Positions 28,376 through 38,817 of a stretch of DNA of 64,000 bases are shown one piece after another. How positions within the stretch are numbered: the first letter of the stretch is position 1; each line of letters opens with the position of its first letter. The stretch is from Vicinamibacterales bacterium (GTDB lineage Bacteria > Acidobacteriota > Vicinamibacteria > Vicinamibacterales > SCN-69-37), in the NCBI GenBank assembly GCA_041394725.1, contig JAWKHR010000034.1, positions 3,410 through 67,409 on the forward strand. The letters run 5' to 3'. The notes beneath the pieces were generated by a model. The model was not told the origin of the DNA, did no database searches, and saw only the letters and a list, made by a program, of their open reading frames with translations. Both the position numbers and the translations under genes were made by a program.

Positions 28376-28951
28376 TCACCGGCAGCCCCGGTCCGGACGA
28401 TCCTCGGCGAGCCATGCGCCGGCGTCACGCTCGAACCACGCCAGCGGACCGGCCGCGGCGTAGGCCGGGTGCGTGAACGAGCGCTCGCCGCGCCGCTCGA
28501 GGCCGACCTTCTCCAGCACGCGCAGCGACGCGGCGTTGCCGAGGCTCGCCATCCCGCCGATCCGCGCCAGCCCGAGGTCGCGGAATCCGTGGCGCAGCAC
28601 CGCGACCGCCACCTCCGTCGCCACGCCGCGCCCCCACGCGGACCGGACGAGGCCGTAGCCGATCTGGATCTCGGCCTCGCCCTGGATGTGGTTGAGCAGG
28701 TGGAACCCCAGCGCGTCGCCCGTGTGGCGATCGAGCGTCAGCCACACGCCGAGGCCGGGATGCGCGTCGTAGTAATCGAGGACGCGGGTCTGGAAGAGCT
28801 CGTCGGCCTGGTCGGCCGTGCGTACGCCGCCGAGGTGCCGGGTCAGCACCTCGTCGGCGTAGTAGGCGCGGTACCAGTCGCGGTCACCGGGCGTGAACCG
28901 CCGCAGGACGCACCGCGGCGTCTCGAGCCAGCCTCGGTCGGCCCGGCGCAC
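28376..28951 (-). CDS. GNAT family N-acetyltransferase (RimJ/RimL-like)
   Basis: 191 aa. ETPRCVLRRFTPGD...IGYGLVRSAWGRGVATEVAVAVLRHGF...NAASLRVLEKVGLERRGE. Confidence 0.85.
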   Translation of the reverse strand: MRRADRGWLETPRCVLRRFTPGDRDWYRAYYADEVLTRHLGGVRTADQADELFQTRVLDYYDAHPGLGVWLTLDRHTGDALGFHLLNHIQGEAEIQIGYGLVRSAWGRGVATEVAVAVLRHGFRDLGLARIGGMASLGNAASLRVLEKVGLERRGERSFTHPAYAAAGPLAWFERDAGAWLAEDRPDRGCR

Positions 28952-28954
28952 CGC

Positions 28955-30931
28955 CTACTTGCAGGCCTGGCAGTTGTGGTTGTTGATCGCGCCCATGCCC
29001 TCGAGGAGCTTGATCGTCTCCGGGAACGGCTGGGTGCGCTGCTCGGGGCTGTTGGCCATGTCGACGGTGGTCTGTCCGGACCGGGCCACGGCCATCACGT
29101 CGGCGCCCTTCGAGACGAGGTACTTGATCATCTCGTTGTCGCCGCGGGCGGCCGCATGGTGGAGCGCGGTGTAGCCGTCGGCGTCACGGATGTTCACGTC
29201 CACGCCGAGCTCCTCGATGAAGTACTTCGCGGCGGGCATCCAGCCCTCGGGCACGTGGCGGTGCTGCTGGGCCACGCGCGACGTCCCGTAGCCGACGCCG
29301 CTCGCGGCGTGGAACGGCGGCACGTGCGGACCGCCCGCGGGCACCGGGGGCAGCCCGGACGGGTCGTTCGGGCGCGCGCGCCCGCCGATCTGCATGGTCG
29401 GGATGTTCGGGTCGGCGCCGTAGCGGACGAGGAGGCGCATGGCCTCCACGTCGAGCGCGTAGGCCGCGCGCCAGAACGGCGTCGCGCCCTGGAACTCGAC
29501 GCCCATGCGGCCGGCGTTGTAGGCCGCGTACCAGATGTGGGTGTTGGTGCGGGCGTTGGGGTCGGCGCCGGCCTTGAGCAGCGCCTCCATGAGGTCGAGG
29601 TACGAGGTCGCATGGCCCTGCTGCTGGCCCGCGGTCGGCTGCGGGTACCAGGTCCGGAGCCGCCCACTCGCGCTGTTGAGCCGCCGCGAACAGCGGCGCC
29701 GCGCTGTCGTCGCTCGCGAGGTTCGGGTTCGCGCCCCGATCGAGCATGGCCTTCGCGAGGTCGAAGTTGCCGTTGATGACCGCGACGAAAGAATCGACAA
29801 CGTGATATACAACGTCGCCGGCCGAGGGCCGGTTGATGTCCATGCCGGCGTCGAGGAGCATCAGCGCGGCGCGCGTAGCGGTAGCCGTTCGCGCGCCGGC
29901 GTAGTGGAGCGCGGTGAAGCCGCCCTGTTTGCCGATCTGCTCGGTCGTCGGCATTCGCGCGCCGCGCCCGAGGCGGTTCACCGCGCTGCCCCGGCTGCCG
30001 AAGCCGCCGGGCTTCCGTCTGGCTTCTCTTGCCACCGCCACGCCCGGGCTTCGCCAGTCCTGGCGTCCGGCACGACCGGCGCCGCCGGCCCGGCCGAACC
30101 GCGGCCGCGCCGACCGCTCCTCGCCGCCCGCCGGCGCATCGCGCCCGCGATGCCTGGCCGCCGGCGCTGCCCGAGGCGCGTCCGGGCTTCGATGGTGGCC
30201 GATGCGGCGGAACCGCGCCGCCTGGCGCGACGCGTTGTCGTCGGTCGTGAGCCGCTTCACGTAGTCCACGACGTCGGTGGTCGCGGCGACGTTCGCGCCC
30301 CGGGCGATGAGCAGGCGCATGGCCTCGACGCGCCGTCGCGCGAGGCGGCGAAGGCGCCGCCTGCAGACCTTGTCATCACGCGCTCGATCTCGGCGCCGTG
30401 GTCGAGCAGCGCACCGATGGCCTCGGGGTTGCCGGCCTCGGCACCGCCAGGTGGATCGGCTCGACCCCCGGTGTCGGCGTGAACGTCGCCGCCGACGGCG
30501 CTGCCGGCCTCGAGTGGCAACGGTCCTTCGCGACGGCCGCGTTCTGCCCGCGCGAGGCGGCCAGGTGGAGCGGCGAAGCGGCCGAGGCGCGCGCTGACGT
30601 CGGTGGTCCGCACCTCGGCGACGAGGAGCACGCGGACATCAGGTCGGCGTCCCTGCTGAGGGCGGCCTCCAGTGCAGCGCCGTCATCCCGTCGCCCTGCG
30701 CCGCGTTGACGTCGGCGCCGTCACGAGCAGCGTGCGGACCGTGGCCGTGTCGCCATTTCGGCGTTCGGCGGCATCGGCGACCAAAGGGACCCGATCTGGC
30801 ATCGCGACGACTGGCGAATTCGATCGCACAGCGGCCGGACCCGCGGTCCGGATCGCGCGCGACGCCGCGGCCGGGCGACCTCGCGGGGCGGCCTCGACGA
30901 CGACGAGCATCAGGGACAGGCCGCCCACCAA
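28955..30931 (-). pseudogene. ankyrin-repeat protein, 5' two-thirds multiply frameshifted
   Basis: The 3' 700 nt are clean (SYLDLMEALLKAGADPNARTN...GYTALHHAAARGDNEMIKYLVSKGADV). Upstream ankyrin peptides are scattered over three frames: SPLHLAASRGQNAAVA (ORF 30376..30639), GNPEAIGALLDHGAEI (30257..30631), AMRLLIARGANVAATTD and GGFTALHYAG (29184..30320), ADAAERRNGDTATVRTLL (30683..30931). Confidence 0.75.
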
Positions 30932-31089
30932 GGCGGTCAGGTGAAGCCGTGTGCGTGCATGTGTCGCCTCTTCACTCCGTTCCGACGTTCCTGGCCCTCG
31001 CGCCGCGCGTCAGGCGCCGGCCGGGGCCGCACCGTGAACGAGAAATCGCCGGTGCTGTCGCCGAAGCCTCGAACGCCTTCGGTGGCACG

Positions 31090-32427
31090 TCAACCCGGAG
31101 CTTGCATCAGGCTCCGCCTTCGCACGTTCGCCATCGGCGTCCCGTCCTCGGCGTGCAGGTGCACGCCGCCCTCGAGGATGCCGTTGCCGTGACCGAGCAG
31201 GATGAGCGGGCAGCCGCGGTGGTTGTGGTTGTTGCCGTTGGCCATCGGCGAGCCGTAGACGACGACCGTCTTCTCGAGCAGGTTCGCGTCGCCCTCGGTC
31301 GTCTGCTGGAGCTTCTCGAGGAAGTACGGCAGCAGCGAGACGTGGTACTTGTTGATTTCGGCGAACTCGCGGATCTTCGCCTCGGTCGCGCCGTGGTGCG
31401 ACGCGTTGTGGAACCCGGCGTCGATGCCGCTGCCCGGGTAGACGCGGCCCGATCCGTCGCGGCCCATCTTGAACGAGAACACGCGGGTCGTGTCCGACGT
31501 GAAGGCGAGCACCTGCAGGTCGAACATCAGCTTCACGTGCTCGTCGTACGAATCGGGCACGCCGGCCGGGGCGCCCGGCAGCTCGCGGTCCTCCCCGCTC
31601 GTGTTACGCGCCTCGACCTTGGCGATGCGCTGCTCGATCTCGCGGATGTTGTCCGCGTACTGGTCGAGCCGCTGGCGGTCGCTCGCGCCGAGCTCGCGGC
31701 GCAGCGAGGTCATCTGCTCGAGCATCATGTCGAGGATGCTGCGGTCGGTCGCCCGGCGCTGGGCGCGCTGCTCGGCCGTGCCGCCCGCGCCGAACAGCTG
31801 CTCGAAGACCATGCGCGGGTCGCGCACCATCGGCAGCGGCTTGGTGGGCGCGGCCCAGCTGATCGTGTCGGTGTAGACGCAGGCGTAGCCGTAGGCGCAG
31901 CCGCCCGACTGGTCGACCGGCTCGATCGAGAGCTGCATCGACGGGATGGGCGTGTCCTGGCCGAACTTCTGGACGTAGAGCTGGTCCATCGACGTGCCGA
32001 CGTGGACGTCCGATCCCTCGGTCAGCTTCGGGCGGCAGTGCGTGTACATCACCGCGCTCGACCGGAAGTGGTCGCCGCCGACCTCGGCCGGCGCGAAGGC
32101 CTCGGCCATCCGGGTGTCGGTGTTGCTGACGATGGTCAGGTGGTCGCGGAAGCGATCGAGCGGCTGGAGGCTCGTCGGCGAGAGGTCGAAGTCACGCCCG
32201 ACCCTGGCCGGATTCCAGAGGTTGAGGTTCAGGCCGACTTCGCTGCAGCCGGCCGCGCCGTGCACCTGCTCGATGCACACGAGGCGGGTCTTCTCACCGG
32301 CCCTCGCGGCGCCCTTCGCGAACACGGTGCGCACCGGCACCATCGCGTCGAACAGGGGCAGCGCAATCGTCGCCCCGAGGCCCCGCAGCGCCGTGCGCCG
32401 CGACATGTGCTTTCCGGTCAGATACAT
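31090..32427 (-). CDS. DUF1552 domain-containing protein (Tat signal)
   Basis: Trimmed to ATG 32427, 6 nt after aaggag. MSRRTALRGLGATIALP twin-arginine-like leader. Pairs with the upstream DUF1592-type gene, as is usual for this family. Confidence 0.85.
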   Translation of the reverse strand: MYLTGKHMSRRTALRGLGATIALPLFDAMVPVRTVFAKGAARAGEKTRLVCIEQVHGAAGCSEVGLNLNLWNPARVGRDFDLSPTSLQPLDRFRDHLTIVSNTDTRMAEAFAPAEVGGDHFRSSAVMYTHCRPKLTEGSDVHVGTSMDQLYVQKFGQDTPIPSMQLSIEPVDQSGGCAYGYACVYTDTISWAAPTKPLPMVRDPRMVFEQLFGAGGTAEQRAQRRATDRSILDMMLEQMTSLRRELGASDRQRLDQYADNIREIEQRIAKVEARNTSGEDRELPGAPAGVPDSYDEHVKLMFDLQVLAFTSDTTRVFSFKMGRDGSGRVYPGSGIDAGFHNASHHGATEAKIREFAEINKYHVSLLPYFLEKLQQTTEGDANLLEKTVVVYGSPMANGNNHNHRGCPLILLGHGNGILEGGVHLHAEDGTPMANVRRRSLMQAPG

Positions 32428-32479
32428 CGCCAGCTCCTTCGTCCGGGCCGCCCGGCCCGGCACACCGTCCGTCGTTGCC

Positions 32480-34951
32480 CTACCGATTCCGTCCCGCGTC
32501 CTTGCTGCCGTCCATCGCCACGTCGGCCCGCGCCGTCTGGAAGGCCGCGCTCCGCACGACGCCCAGGATGATCGACGACATCCGGTTCTCGTGCTGCGCC
32601 GCGTCGCGGACGATCTGCCGGATGGCCGGCATGTCGTAGTACTCGACCCGCCGGCCGAGCGCGTAGGCCATCATCACCTCGGTGAAGTGCGTGATGATGA
32701 CGTCCGACCGCGCCATCAGCGCCTGGCGCAGGTCCGCGATGCCGTTGAGCTTCGTCCCGTCGTAGAGCTCCCCCGACGAGTCGACCGGGACGCCGCGGTC
32801 CTTGATCCTGAACGCGCCCGTCACGTCGAAGTTGTCGAGCGACAACCCGATCGGGTCGATCACGTTGTGGCACGAGCTGCACACCGGGCTCGCCCGGTGC
32901 TTGGCCATCTGCTCGGCCACCGAGAGGAAGCGCCCGTCGCTCGAGTCGCCGGTCTGCTCGAGCACCGGGACGTTCGGCGGCGGCGGGGGCGGCGGGCTGC
33001 CGAGCAGCACCTCCATCACCCACTTGCCGCGCATGACCGGCGACGTCCGGTTGCCGTGCGAGGTCAGCGTCAGGATGCTGCCCTGTCCCAGCAGCCCGCG
33101 GCGATGGTCGTCCGGGTACTTGACCATCTGGAAGTCGGGCCCGCTCACGCCGGGGATGCCGTAGTGCCGCGCGAGGCGCTCGTTGACGAACGTGTAGTCG
33201 GCCGTCAGGAGCTCCGTCACCGGCCGGTCGGCCCGCACCATGTGATCGAAGAGCAGCTCGGTCTCGCGGTACATCGCCTCGGCGAGCGTCTCGTCGTAGT
33301 AGGGGAACGACAGCGCGTCGGGCTCGATCTTGTGCAGGTCCTGGAGCCGCAGCCACTGCGCCGCGAACCGCGACGAGAGCGCCCAGGCCTTCGGGTCGGC
33401 CAGCATCCGCCGGACCTGCGCCTCGTAGACGTCGGGCTTCGAGAGCTCGCCGCGCTCGGCCAGGCCGATCAGCGTGTCGTCGGGAATCGATCCCCACAGG
33501 AAGAACGACAGCCGGGACGCCAGGTCGACGTCGGCGATCCGGTAGACCTGCCCGCCCGTGAGGCCCGCCGGCGCCTCCTCGACGCGGAAGAGGAAGTGCA
33601 GGCTGGCGAGCATCGCCTGGAGCGCGGTGCGGATGCCGCCCTCGAAGCCGCCGGTCTTCGCGCCCTGCGCGTAGAACGGCATCAGCTCCTCGAGGTCGCC
33701 CGCCGCGAGCGGCCGCCGGTAGGCCTCGCTGGCCAGCCGGCCGATGATCGACTTCGCGCACGGCTCGGCCTCGGCCGGCGCCGTCGGCCGGCACGAGAAG
33801 ATCCGGCGCCGCGTCGGGTTGTCCGACACGCCGCTCGTCTCGAATGGCCCGACGATGGCCAGGTTGCGGAGGTGCGGCAGCGTGGTCACGCCGTAGCCGA
33901 CGCCGATCTGCGTGTCGGCCAGCGTGTGGTCGATCGGCCGGATGAGGTCGGGCTCCACGCCCTCGAACTCCTGGAGGAACGTCGCCGCGACCTTGTGCGG
34001 CCCGGCGCGGACGTCGAGCGGCTCGGTCGACACGGTCAGGCCGTCGGGATCCGACTCGGAAATCCACCGGTCCACCTTCACGAGCGCGACGCGCGCGCCG
34101 TCGATCGAGACCTCCATCTGGATGTCGCCGATCGTGCGACCGAAGAGCGCCCCGGTCGGCTCGCCGTGGAGCAGCATCTTGAAGGTGTACTTGCCGTCGG
34201 CCGGGAAGTTGTGCGTGACGACCGTGCCGCCGCGAGTCCCGAACGGCGCGCCCTCGAGGTGGTCCTTCTGCGACTCGGTGCGCGGGACGTCGTAGGTCGT
34301 CGAGCTCGGATCCGCCTCCGGGTCACCCACCGCGAGGCGGCTCACGTAGGACGCCGCGCGCATGTAGCCCTGCATGACGGTGGCCGACGGCATCTGCACG
34401 TCGGCGATGTTGTCGAAGTTGGCGCTGATCGTGTCGGGCGGGAGGAAGTTGCTGACGTCGATGTCGAGGCCGAACATCGCGCGGATGGCCGAGGCGTACT
34501 CCGCGCGGTTCAGCCGCTGGAACGACCGGCGCCCCGGGTTCGGGTGCGCCGAGGCCGCCGCGTCGAGCGTGGTCTCGAGCGCGGTGACGAGGTTCATGCG
34601 CGTCGCCTGATCGGGCTTGCGGGCGTCGCGCGGCGGCATCATGCCGGTCCGCAGCTTGCGGATCATCTTCTCCGCCAGCTCGGGCTTCTCGGTGGCCTTG
34701 GCCACGTCGAACCCGGAGAGCGACAGCCCGCCGCGCTCCATCATGTCGTTGTGACAGGTGACGCAGTACTCGCGGATCGTGTCGTTCTGCGCCTGGAGGG
34801 ACTCTGGCGACAGGCCCGCATGCGAGGCGGCGGCCGCCGGCGAGGCGAAGCGGGGGGACGCCGCCAGGGGAGCGCCCAGCAGACCGGCGCGCACCATCAC
34901 CACGGAGCCCAGAAGCCCCGTAACCAGCACAGGAATAAAAAGTTTCCGCAT
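32480..34951 (-). CDS. DUF1592/DUF1588/DUF1585-type protein with cytochrome c motifs
   Basis: Trimmed to ATG 34951 (MRKLFIPVLVTGLLGS). CVTCHN near the N-terminus and CSSCHNVIDPIG near the C-terminus. The long conserved-looking body matches the usual partner of DUF1552. Confidence 0.85.
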   Translation of the reverse strand: MRKLFIPVLVTGLLGSVVMVRAGLLGAPLAASPRFASPAAAASHAGLSPESLQAQNDTIREYCVTCHNDMMERGGLSLSGFDVAKATEKPELAEKMIRKLRTGMMPPRDARKPDQATRMNLVTALETTLDAAASAHPNPGRRSFQRLNRAEYASAIRAMFGLDIDVSNFLPPDTISANFDNIADVQMPSATVMQGYMRAASYVSRLAVGDPEADPSSTTYDVPRTESQKDHLEGAPFGTRGGTVVTHNFPADGKYTFKMLLHGEPTGALFGRTIGDIQMEVSIDGARVALVKVDRWISESDPDGLTVSTEPLDVRAGPHKVAATFLQEFEGVEPDLIRPIDHTLADTQIGVGYGVTTLPHLRNLAIVGPFETSGVSDNPTRRRIFSCRPTAPAEAEPCAKSIIGRLASEAYRRPLAAGDLEELMPFYAQGAKTGGFEGGIRTALQAMLASLHFLFRVEEAPAGLTGGQVYRIADVDLASRLSFFLWGSIPDDTLIGLAERGELSKPDVYEAQVRRMLADPKAWALSSRFAAQWLRLQDLHKIEPDALSFPYYDETLAEAMYRETELLFDHMVRADRPVTELLTADYTFVNERLARHYGIPGVSGPDFQMVKYPDDHRRGLLGQGSILTLTSHGNRTSPVMRGKWVMEVLLGSPPPPPPPNVPVLEQTGDSSDGRFLSVAEQMAKHRASPVCSSCHNVIDPIGLSLDNFDVTGAFRIKDRGVPVDSSGELYDGTKLNGIADLRQALMARSDVIITHFTEVMMAYALGRRVEYYDMPAIRQIVRDAAQHENRMSSIILGVVRSAAFQTARADVAMDGSKDAGRNR

Positions 34952-35012
34952 AGGGCCCAGCGTCAAAGACTACACCCGGGGTCCACTTTTGTCAGTACCC
35001 CCGGGTTCGAGA

Positions 35013-35026
35013 GGCGATATATCGCC
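35013..35026. promoter_or_regulatory. perfect 14-bp palindrome GGCGATATATCGCC in a divergent promoter region
   Basis: Read directly. It is AT-rich at the centre in an otherwise GC-rich 169-nt divergent intergenic region (34952-35120). Confidence 0.3.
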
Positions 35027-35120
35027 ACGCGAGGCATGCCAGCGGCCTCAGAGGACACCGGCCAGGGAGCCTTTCGCGGCGCGATGCGGGTGTTACGATA
35101 CGCGCCGGCTGTTCGTTTCC

Positions 35121-37427
35121 ATGACGTCCATCCGGGCCTTCGTGTTGTGTTCGATCGTCGGAGCGCAGCTGTGGATGGCGCCGGCGGCCCAGGCCCGGCA
35201 GGCGGGAACACGCCAGGGCGATCCCGCCCGGGCCCCGGCGGACGGCATGCCAGCCGGCCCCGTCGTCACCGACATCAACACGATCGATCACGAGACCTTC
35301 CGGGCGGTGGCGGCACGCCTGCCCGACGGCCGGGCGCCGACGATCGATGGACGCCTCGACGAGGACGTCTGGGCGCTGGCGCCGGCGCAGGGCCGGTTCA
35401 TTCAGCGCGAGCCCGCCTTCGGGTGGGCGTCCACCGAGCGGACCGAGTTCCGCATCCTCTACGACGACCGGACCCTGTACTTCGGCATCTGGGCCTTCGA
35501 CTCCGACCCTGACGGCATCATCGCGACCGAGCTCAAGCGAGACTCCGGCCTCCGCAAGGGCGATCAGATCAAGATCACGCTCGATACCTTCCACGATCAC
35601 CGCAACGCGTTCTACTTCAGCACCAACCCGCTCGGCGCGCTCAAGGACGCCAACTCGGTCGAGGAGGGGCGGACGATCAACTACGACTGGAACGCCGTCT
35701 GGGAGAACCGCACGAGCCGGGACGACCGCGGCTGGTACGTCGAGATCGCGATCCCGCTCAGCCAGCTGCGCTTCCGCGGCGGGCCGGGTGAAACCGTCTG
35801 GGGTCTGAACGTCTGCCGGATCATCGTCCGCAAGAACGAGGAGACCTACTGGGTCCCGTACCCGCGCGAGTGGCAGGCCCTCGGCTTCGCGCGCATGTCG
35901 GGCGCGGGCATCCTGACCGGGCTGCGCGACCTGCGCCCGCGCCGGCGCGTGGAAATCGTGCCGTTCCTCGCCCCGTCGGTCGCGCGCGACTACGACCTGG
36001 GCACGCCCGTGGACCGGACGGCCGGCTACGGGGTGGACCTCAAGCTGGGCCTGACGTCCACGCTCAATGCCGACGTCACCTACAAGACGGATTTCGCCCA
36101 GGTCGAGGCCGACCAGGAGGTGGTCAACCTCTCCAGGTTCAGCCTGTTCTTTCCGGAGAAGCGGCAGTTCTTCACGGAGGGCGCGGGCATCTTCGACTAC
36201 GGCCGCGCGACCGGTGGCCTGACGGGCCCGGGCCTGCTGCCGCTCTTCTACAGCCGGCGCATCGGTCTCGACGCCGGCGGCGAGGTCCCGATCCTCGCGG
36301 GCGGCCGCGTGACCGGCCAGGCGGGCGGGTTCACCGTCGGCGCGATGAACATCGAGACGGAGGCGACGACGCTCGGGGTGGGCGACGCGGCGGTGGACGT
36401 CCCGCGTGCCAACTACAGCGTGGTGCGCCTCAAGCGCGGCGTCTTCGGGAACTCGTCCATCGGCGGCATCGTCCTGAACCGGACGGGTGGCCGCGGCGCC
36501 GCGTTCAACCGGGCGGTCGGCGTCGACGGGACCTTCACGCTGAGTCCGGCGCTGGACCTGTCGGTGCTCGCGGCGAAGACGTTCTCGCCCGGGACCGGCG
36601 GACGCGACTGGGCCGGCGCGGTGAACGCCAACTGGCGGACCGACCGCTTCGACACCTCGGCCACCTATCTCGACATCGCCGAGCGCTTCGACGCCGAGAT
36701 GGGCTTCATTCCGCGCACCGACATCCGCAACGGCCGGGTGCAGGCAGCCTGGACCCCGCGGCCCCGCTGGAAGGGCATCCGCCAGCTCCGCCTCAACGCC
36801 GACGCGACCTACTACGAGAACCACGCCGGACGCGTCGAATCGCGCAGCCAGGGTTACGACTTCACCGTGAACGCGAGCGACAGTTCGACGGTGCAGCTGA
36901 GTCTGGATCGATCGTACGACTTCCTGCCGTTCGACTGGGCGACGGCCGGCGGCGTGATTCCGAGCGCCGGCTACACGTGGCGGACGCTGCGCGCGACGTT
37001 CACGTCGAACCAGGCCAGGCGGGTGTACGGATCGGTGACGACCGAGACCGGCGGCTACTACGACGGCGACCGGGCCACCTGGCGGACGAGCCTCAACGTC
37101 ATCCCGCGCGACACCCTGCTCGTCGAGACGAGCTACACGCGCAACCGGATCACGCTGCCGGTGACCGGCGCCTACGTCACGAACGTGCTCAGCACCCGCG
37201 TGAGCTACTCGTTCTCGCCGGACCTGTTCGTGAAGAGCTTCGTCCAGGTCAACGACGCGAGCCGGACGGCGAGCCTGAACCTGCTCCTCTGGTACATCTA
37301 CCGGCCGGGCAGCGACCTCTACGTCGTCTACAATCAGGGCTGGGAGACGGACCTGCCGGGCCCGCGCGACGTTCGCGTGCGAGGCCGGTCGCTCGCCGTC
37401 AAGATGACCTGGTGGTGGTCCCGCTAG
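35121..37427 (+). CDS. DUF5916/CBM9-like outer-membrane beta-barrel-type protein
   Basis: Tail of ORF 34758..37427 from ATG 35121 (MTSIRAFVLCSIVGAQLWMAPAAQA signal). IDGRLDEDVWALAP...FIQREP...DQIKITLDTFHDHRNAFYFSTNPLG, followed by long alternating beta-strand-like sequence. Confidence 0.8.
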   Translation: MTSIRAFVLCSIVGAQLWMAPAAQARQAGTRQGDPARAPADGMPAGPVVTDINTIDHETFRAVAARLPDGRAPTIDGRLDEDVWALAPAQGRFIQREPAFGWASTERTEFRILYDDRTLYFGIWAFDSDPDGIIATELKRDSGLRKGDQIKITLDTFHDHRNAFYFSTNPLGALKDANSVEEGRTINYDWNAVWENRTSRDDRGWYVEIAIPLSQLRFRGGPGETVWGLNVCRIIVRKNEETYWVPYPREWQALGFARMSGAGILTGLRDLRPRRRVEIVPFLAPSVARDYDLGTPVDRTAGYGVDLKLGLTSTLNADVTYKTDFAQVEADQEVVNLSRFSLFFPEKRQFFTEGAGIFDYGRATGGLTGPGLLPLFYSRRIGLDAGGEVPILAGGRVTGQAGGFTVGAMNIETEATTLGVGDAAVDVPRANYSVVRLKRGVFGNSSIGGIVLNRTGGRGAAFNRAVGVDGTFTLSPALDLSVLAAKTFSPGTGGRDWAGAVNANWRTDRFDTSATYLDIAERFDAEMGFIPRTDIRNGRVQAAWTPRPRWKGIRQLRLNADATYYENHAGRVESRSQGYDFTVNASDSSTVQLSLDRSYDFLPFDWATAGGVIPSAGYTWRTLRATFTSNQARRVYGSVTTETGGYYDGDRATWRTSLNVIPRDTLLVETSYTRNRITLPVTGAYVTNVLSTRVSYSFSPDLFVKSFVQVNDASRTASLNLLLWYIYRPGSDLYVVYNQGWETDLPGPRDVRVRGRSLAVKMTWWWSR

Positions 37428-37473
37428 CCGCGCGGTCCGGCAACGGCCCCACGGCAGCGGTCCTGGAGGGCTC

Positions 37474-38658
37474 ATGTCCGTGACGCGCCGTCGCCCGCCC
37501 ATCCTGGCCGCCGCCATCGCCCTGTGCGCGGCCGGCGTCGTCATCACCGCCCAGACGCCGATCCGCCCGGACGGGCAGGCGGCGCTGTCGGCCCGCCCGG
37601 ACGGACAGGCGGCGCCGTCGGCCCGACGCGCCGGCCGGACGCCCGACCTGCCCGCGCGCCTGTCCGACGCGGACTTCTGGCGCCTGGCGTCCGAGAGCTC
37701 CGAGCCCGACGGCTACTTCCGGATCACGGACAACTTCACGTCCAACGAGAACGAGATCGGGACGCTGTTCTCGCGCCTGCGGGATCAGCAGCTGACGGGA
37801 GACGTGTATCTCGGCGTCGGGCCCGAGCAGAACTTCACCTACATTGCGGCCATCGAGCCCTCGATGGCCTTCATCCTGGACATCCGGCGTCAGGCGGCGA
37901 TGCAGCACCTGATGTTCAAGGCGCTCTTCGAGATGGCCCGCGACCGCGCGGAGTTCCTGTCGCTGCTGTTCGCGCGCCCGCGCCCGGGCGACCTCGACGA
38001 GACGACGCCGGTGGACCGCCTGCTCACCGCGTACTTCCCGGTGGCGCCCGATGCAACGCTCCGCACCGAGACCCGCGATCGAATCTTCGAGCGCCTGACC
38101 GGCACCCACGGCTTCGAGCTCACCGCGAACGAGCGCCTCAAACTCGACGCCGTCTACTACGCGTTCGTCCAGTACGGACCGGGCATCACCACGCGCGGCG
38201 CGTACAGCGGGCGCGGCAGCCAGTGGACGTTCGCCGACCTGACCGGGTGGTCGACCGACGCCGCGCGCCAGGCGCAGAGCTTCCTCTCGACCGAGGCGCA
38301 CTTCCGGACCGTGAAGTCCCTGCAGGAGCGCAACCTCATCGTCCCGGTCACGGGTGACTTCGGCGGGGCGAAGGCGCTGCGCGCCGTGGGCACCTGGGTG
38401 CGCGATCGAGGCGGCGTCATCCGCGCGTTCTACGTCTCCAACGTCGAGCAGTATCTCTTCCAGGACAGCAAGGCGCACGCCTTCTACGAGAACGTGCGCA
38501 CGCTGCCGCTCGACGAGCGGAGCGTGTTCATCCGGCCGTACGCGCTCCGCGGGTTCCGGACCGCGGACGCGGGCCTCTGCTCCATCACCGCGTTCCTCGC
38601 CGCCGAGGCGGCTGGCCGCGTGCGCAACCACGACCAGGCGCTCGCCTGCGGCCGCTAG
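37474..38658 (+). CDS. hypothetical secreted protein (conserved-looking, family not recognised)
   Basis: 394 aa, with signal/TM segment ILAAAIALCAAGVVI and a 10-aa tandem duplication RPDGQAALSA/RPDGQAAPSA (37561-37620). Core YLGVGPEQNFTYIAAIEPSMAFILDIRRQ. Confidence 0.65.
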   Translation: MSVTRRRPPILAAAIALCAAGVVITAQTPIRPDGQAALSARPDGQAAPSARRAGRTPDLPARLSDADFWRLASESSEPDGYFRITDNFTSNENEIGTLFSRLRDQQLTGDVYLGVGPEQNFTYIAAIEPSMAFILDIRRQAAMQHLMFKALFEMARDRAEFLSLLFARPRPGDLDETTPVDRLLTAYFPVAPDATLRTETRDRIFERLTGTHGFELTANERLKLDAVYYAFVQYGPGITTRGAYSGRGSQWTFADLTGWSTDAARQAQSFLSTEAHFRTVKSLQERNLIVPVTGDFGGAKALRAVGTWVRDRGGVIRAFYVSNVEQYLFQDSKAHAFYENVRTLPLDERSVFIRPYALRGFRTADAGLCSITAFLAAEAAGRVRNHDQALACGR

Positions 38659-38817
38659 CCGGCCGGACGTCCCCCCGGCGCTCGCGGCCACGACGTCCGG
38701 AATCCGCTCCGGCCCGGGCCGACCCCCTACATCCTGCTGTGGATCGCCTCCGGTGACGGCGGGATCATGGATCGGTTGTCCTCTTCGTTCCTTCTCTTCA
38801 TCCGCAGGAGGCACCCG

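Noticed and set aside
38776-38802. Pyrimidine-rich tract ttgtcctcttcgttccttctcttcatcc upstream of the FAD oxidoreductase
   Set aside because: It is unusual for this GC content, but it is a single occurrence with no symmetry or repeat, so I cannot attach a function to it.
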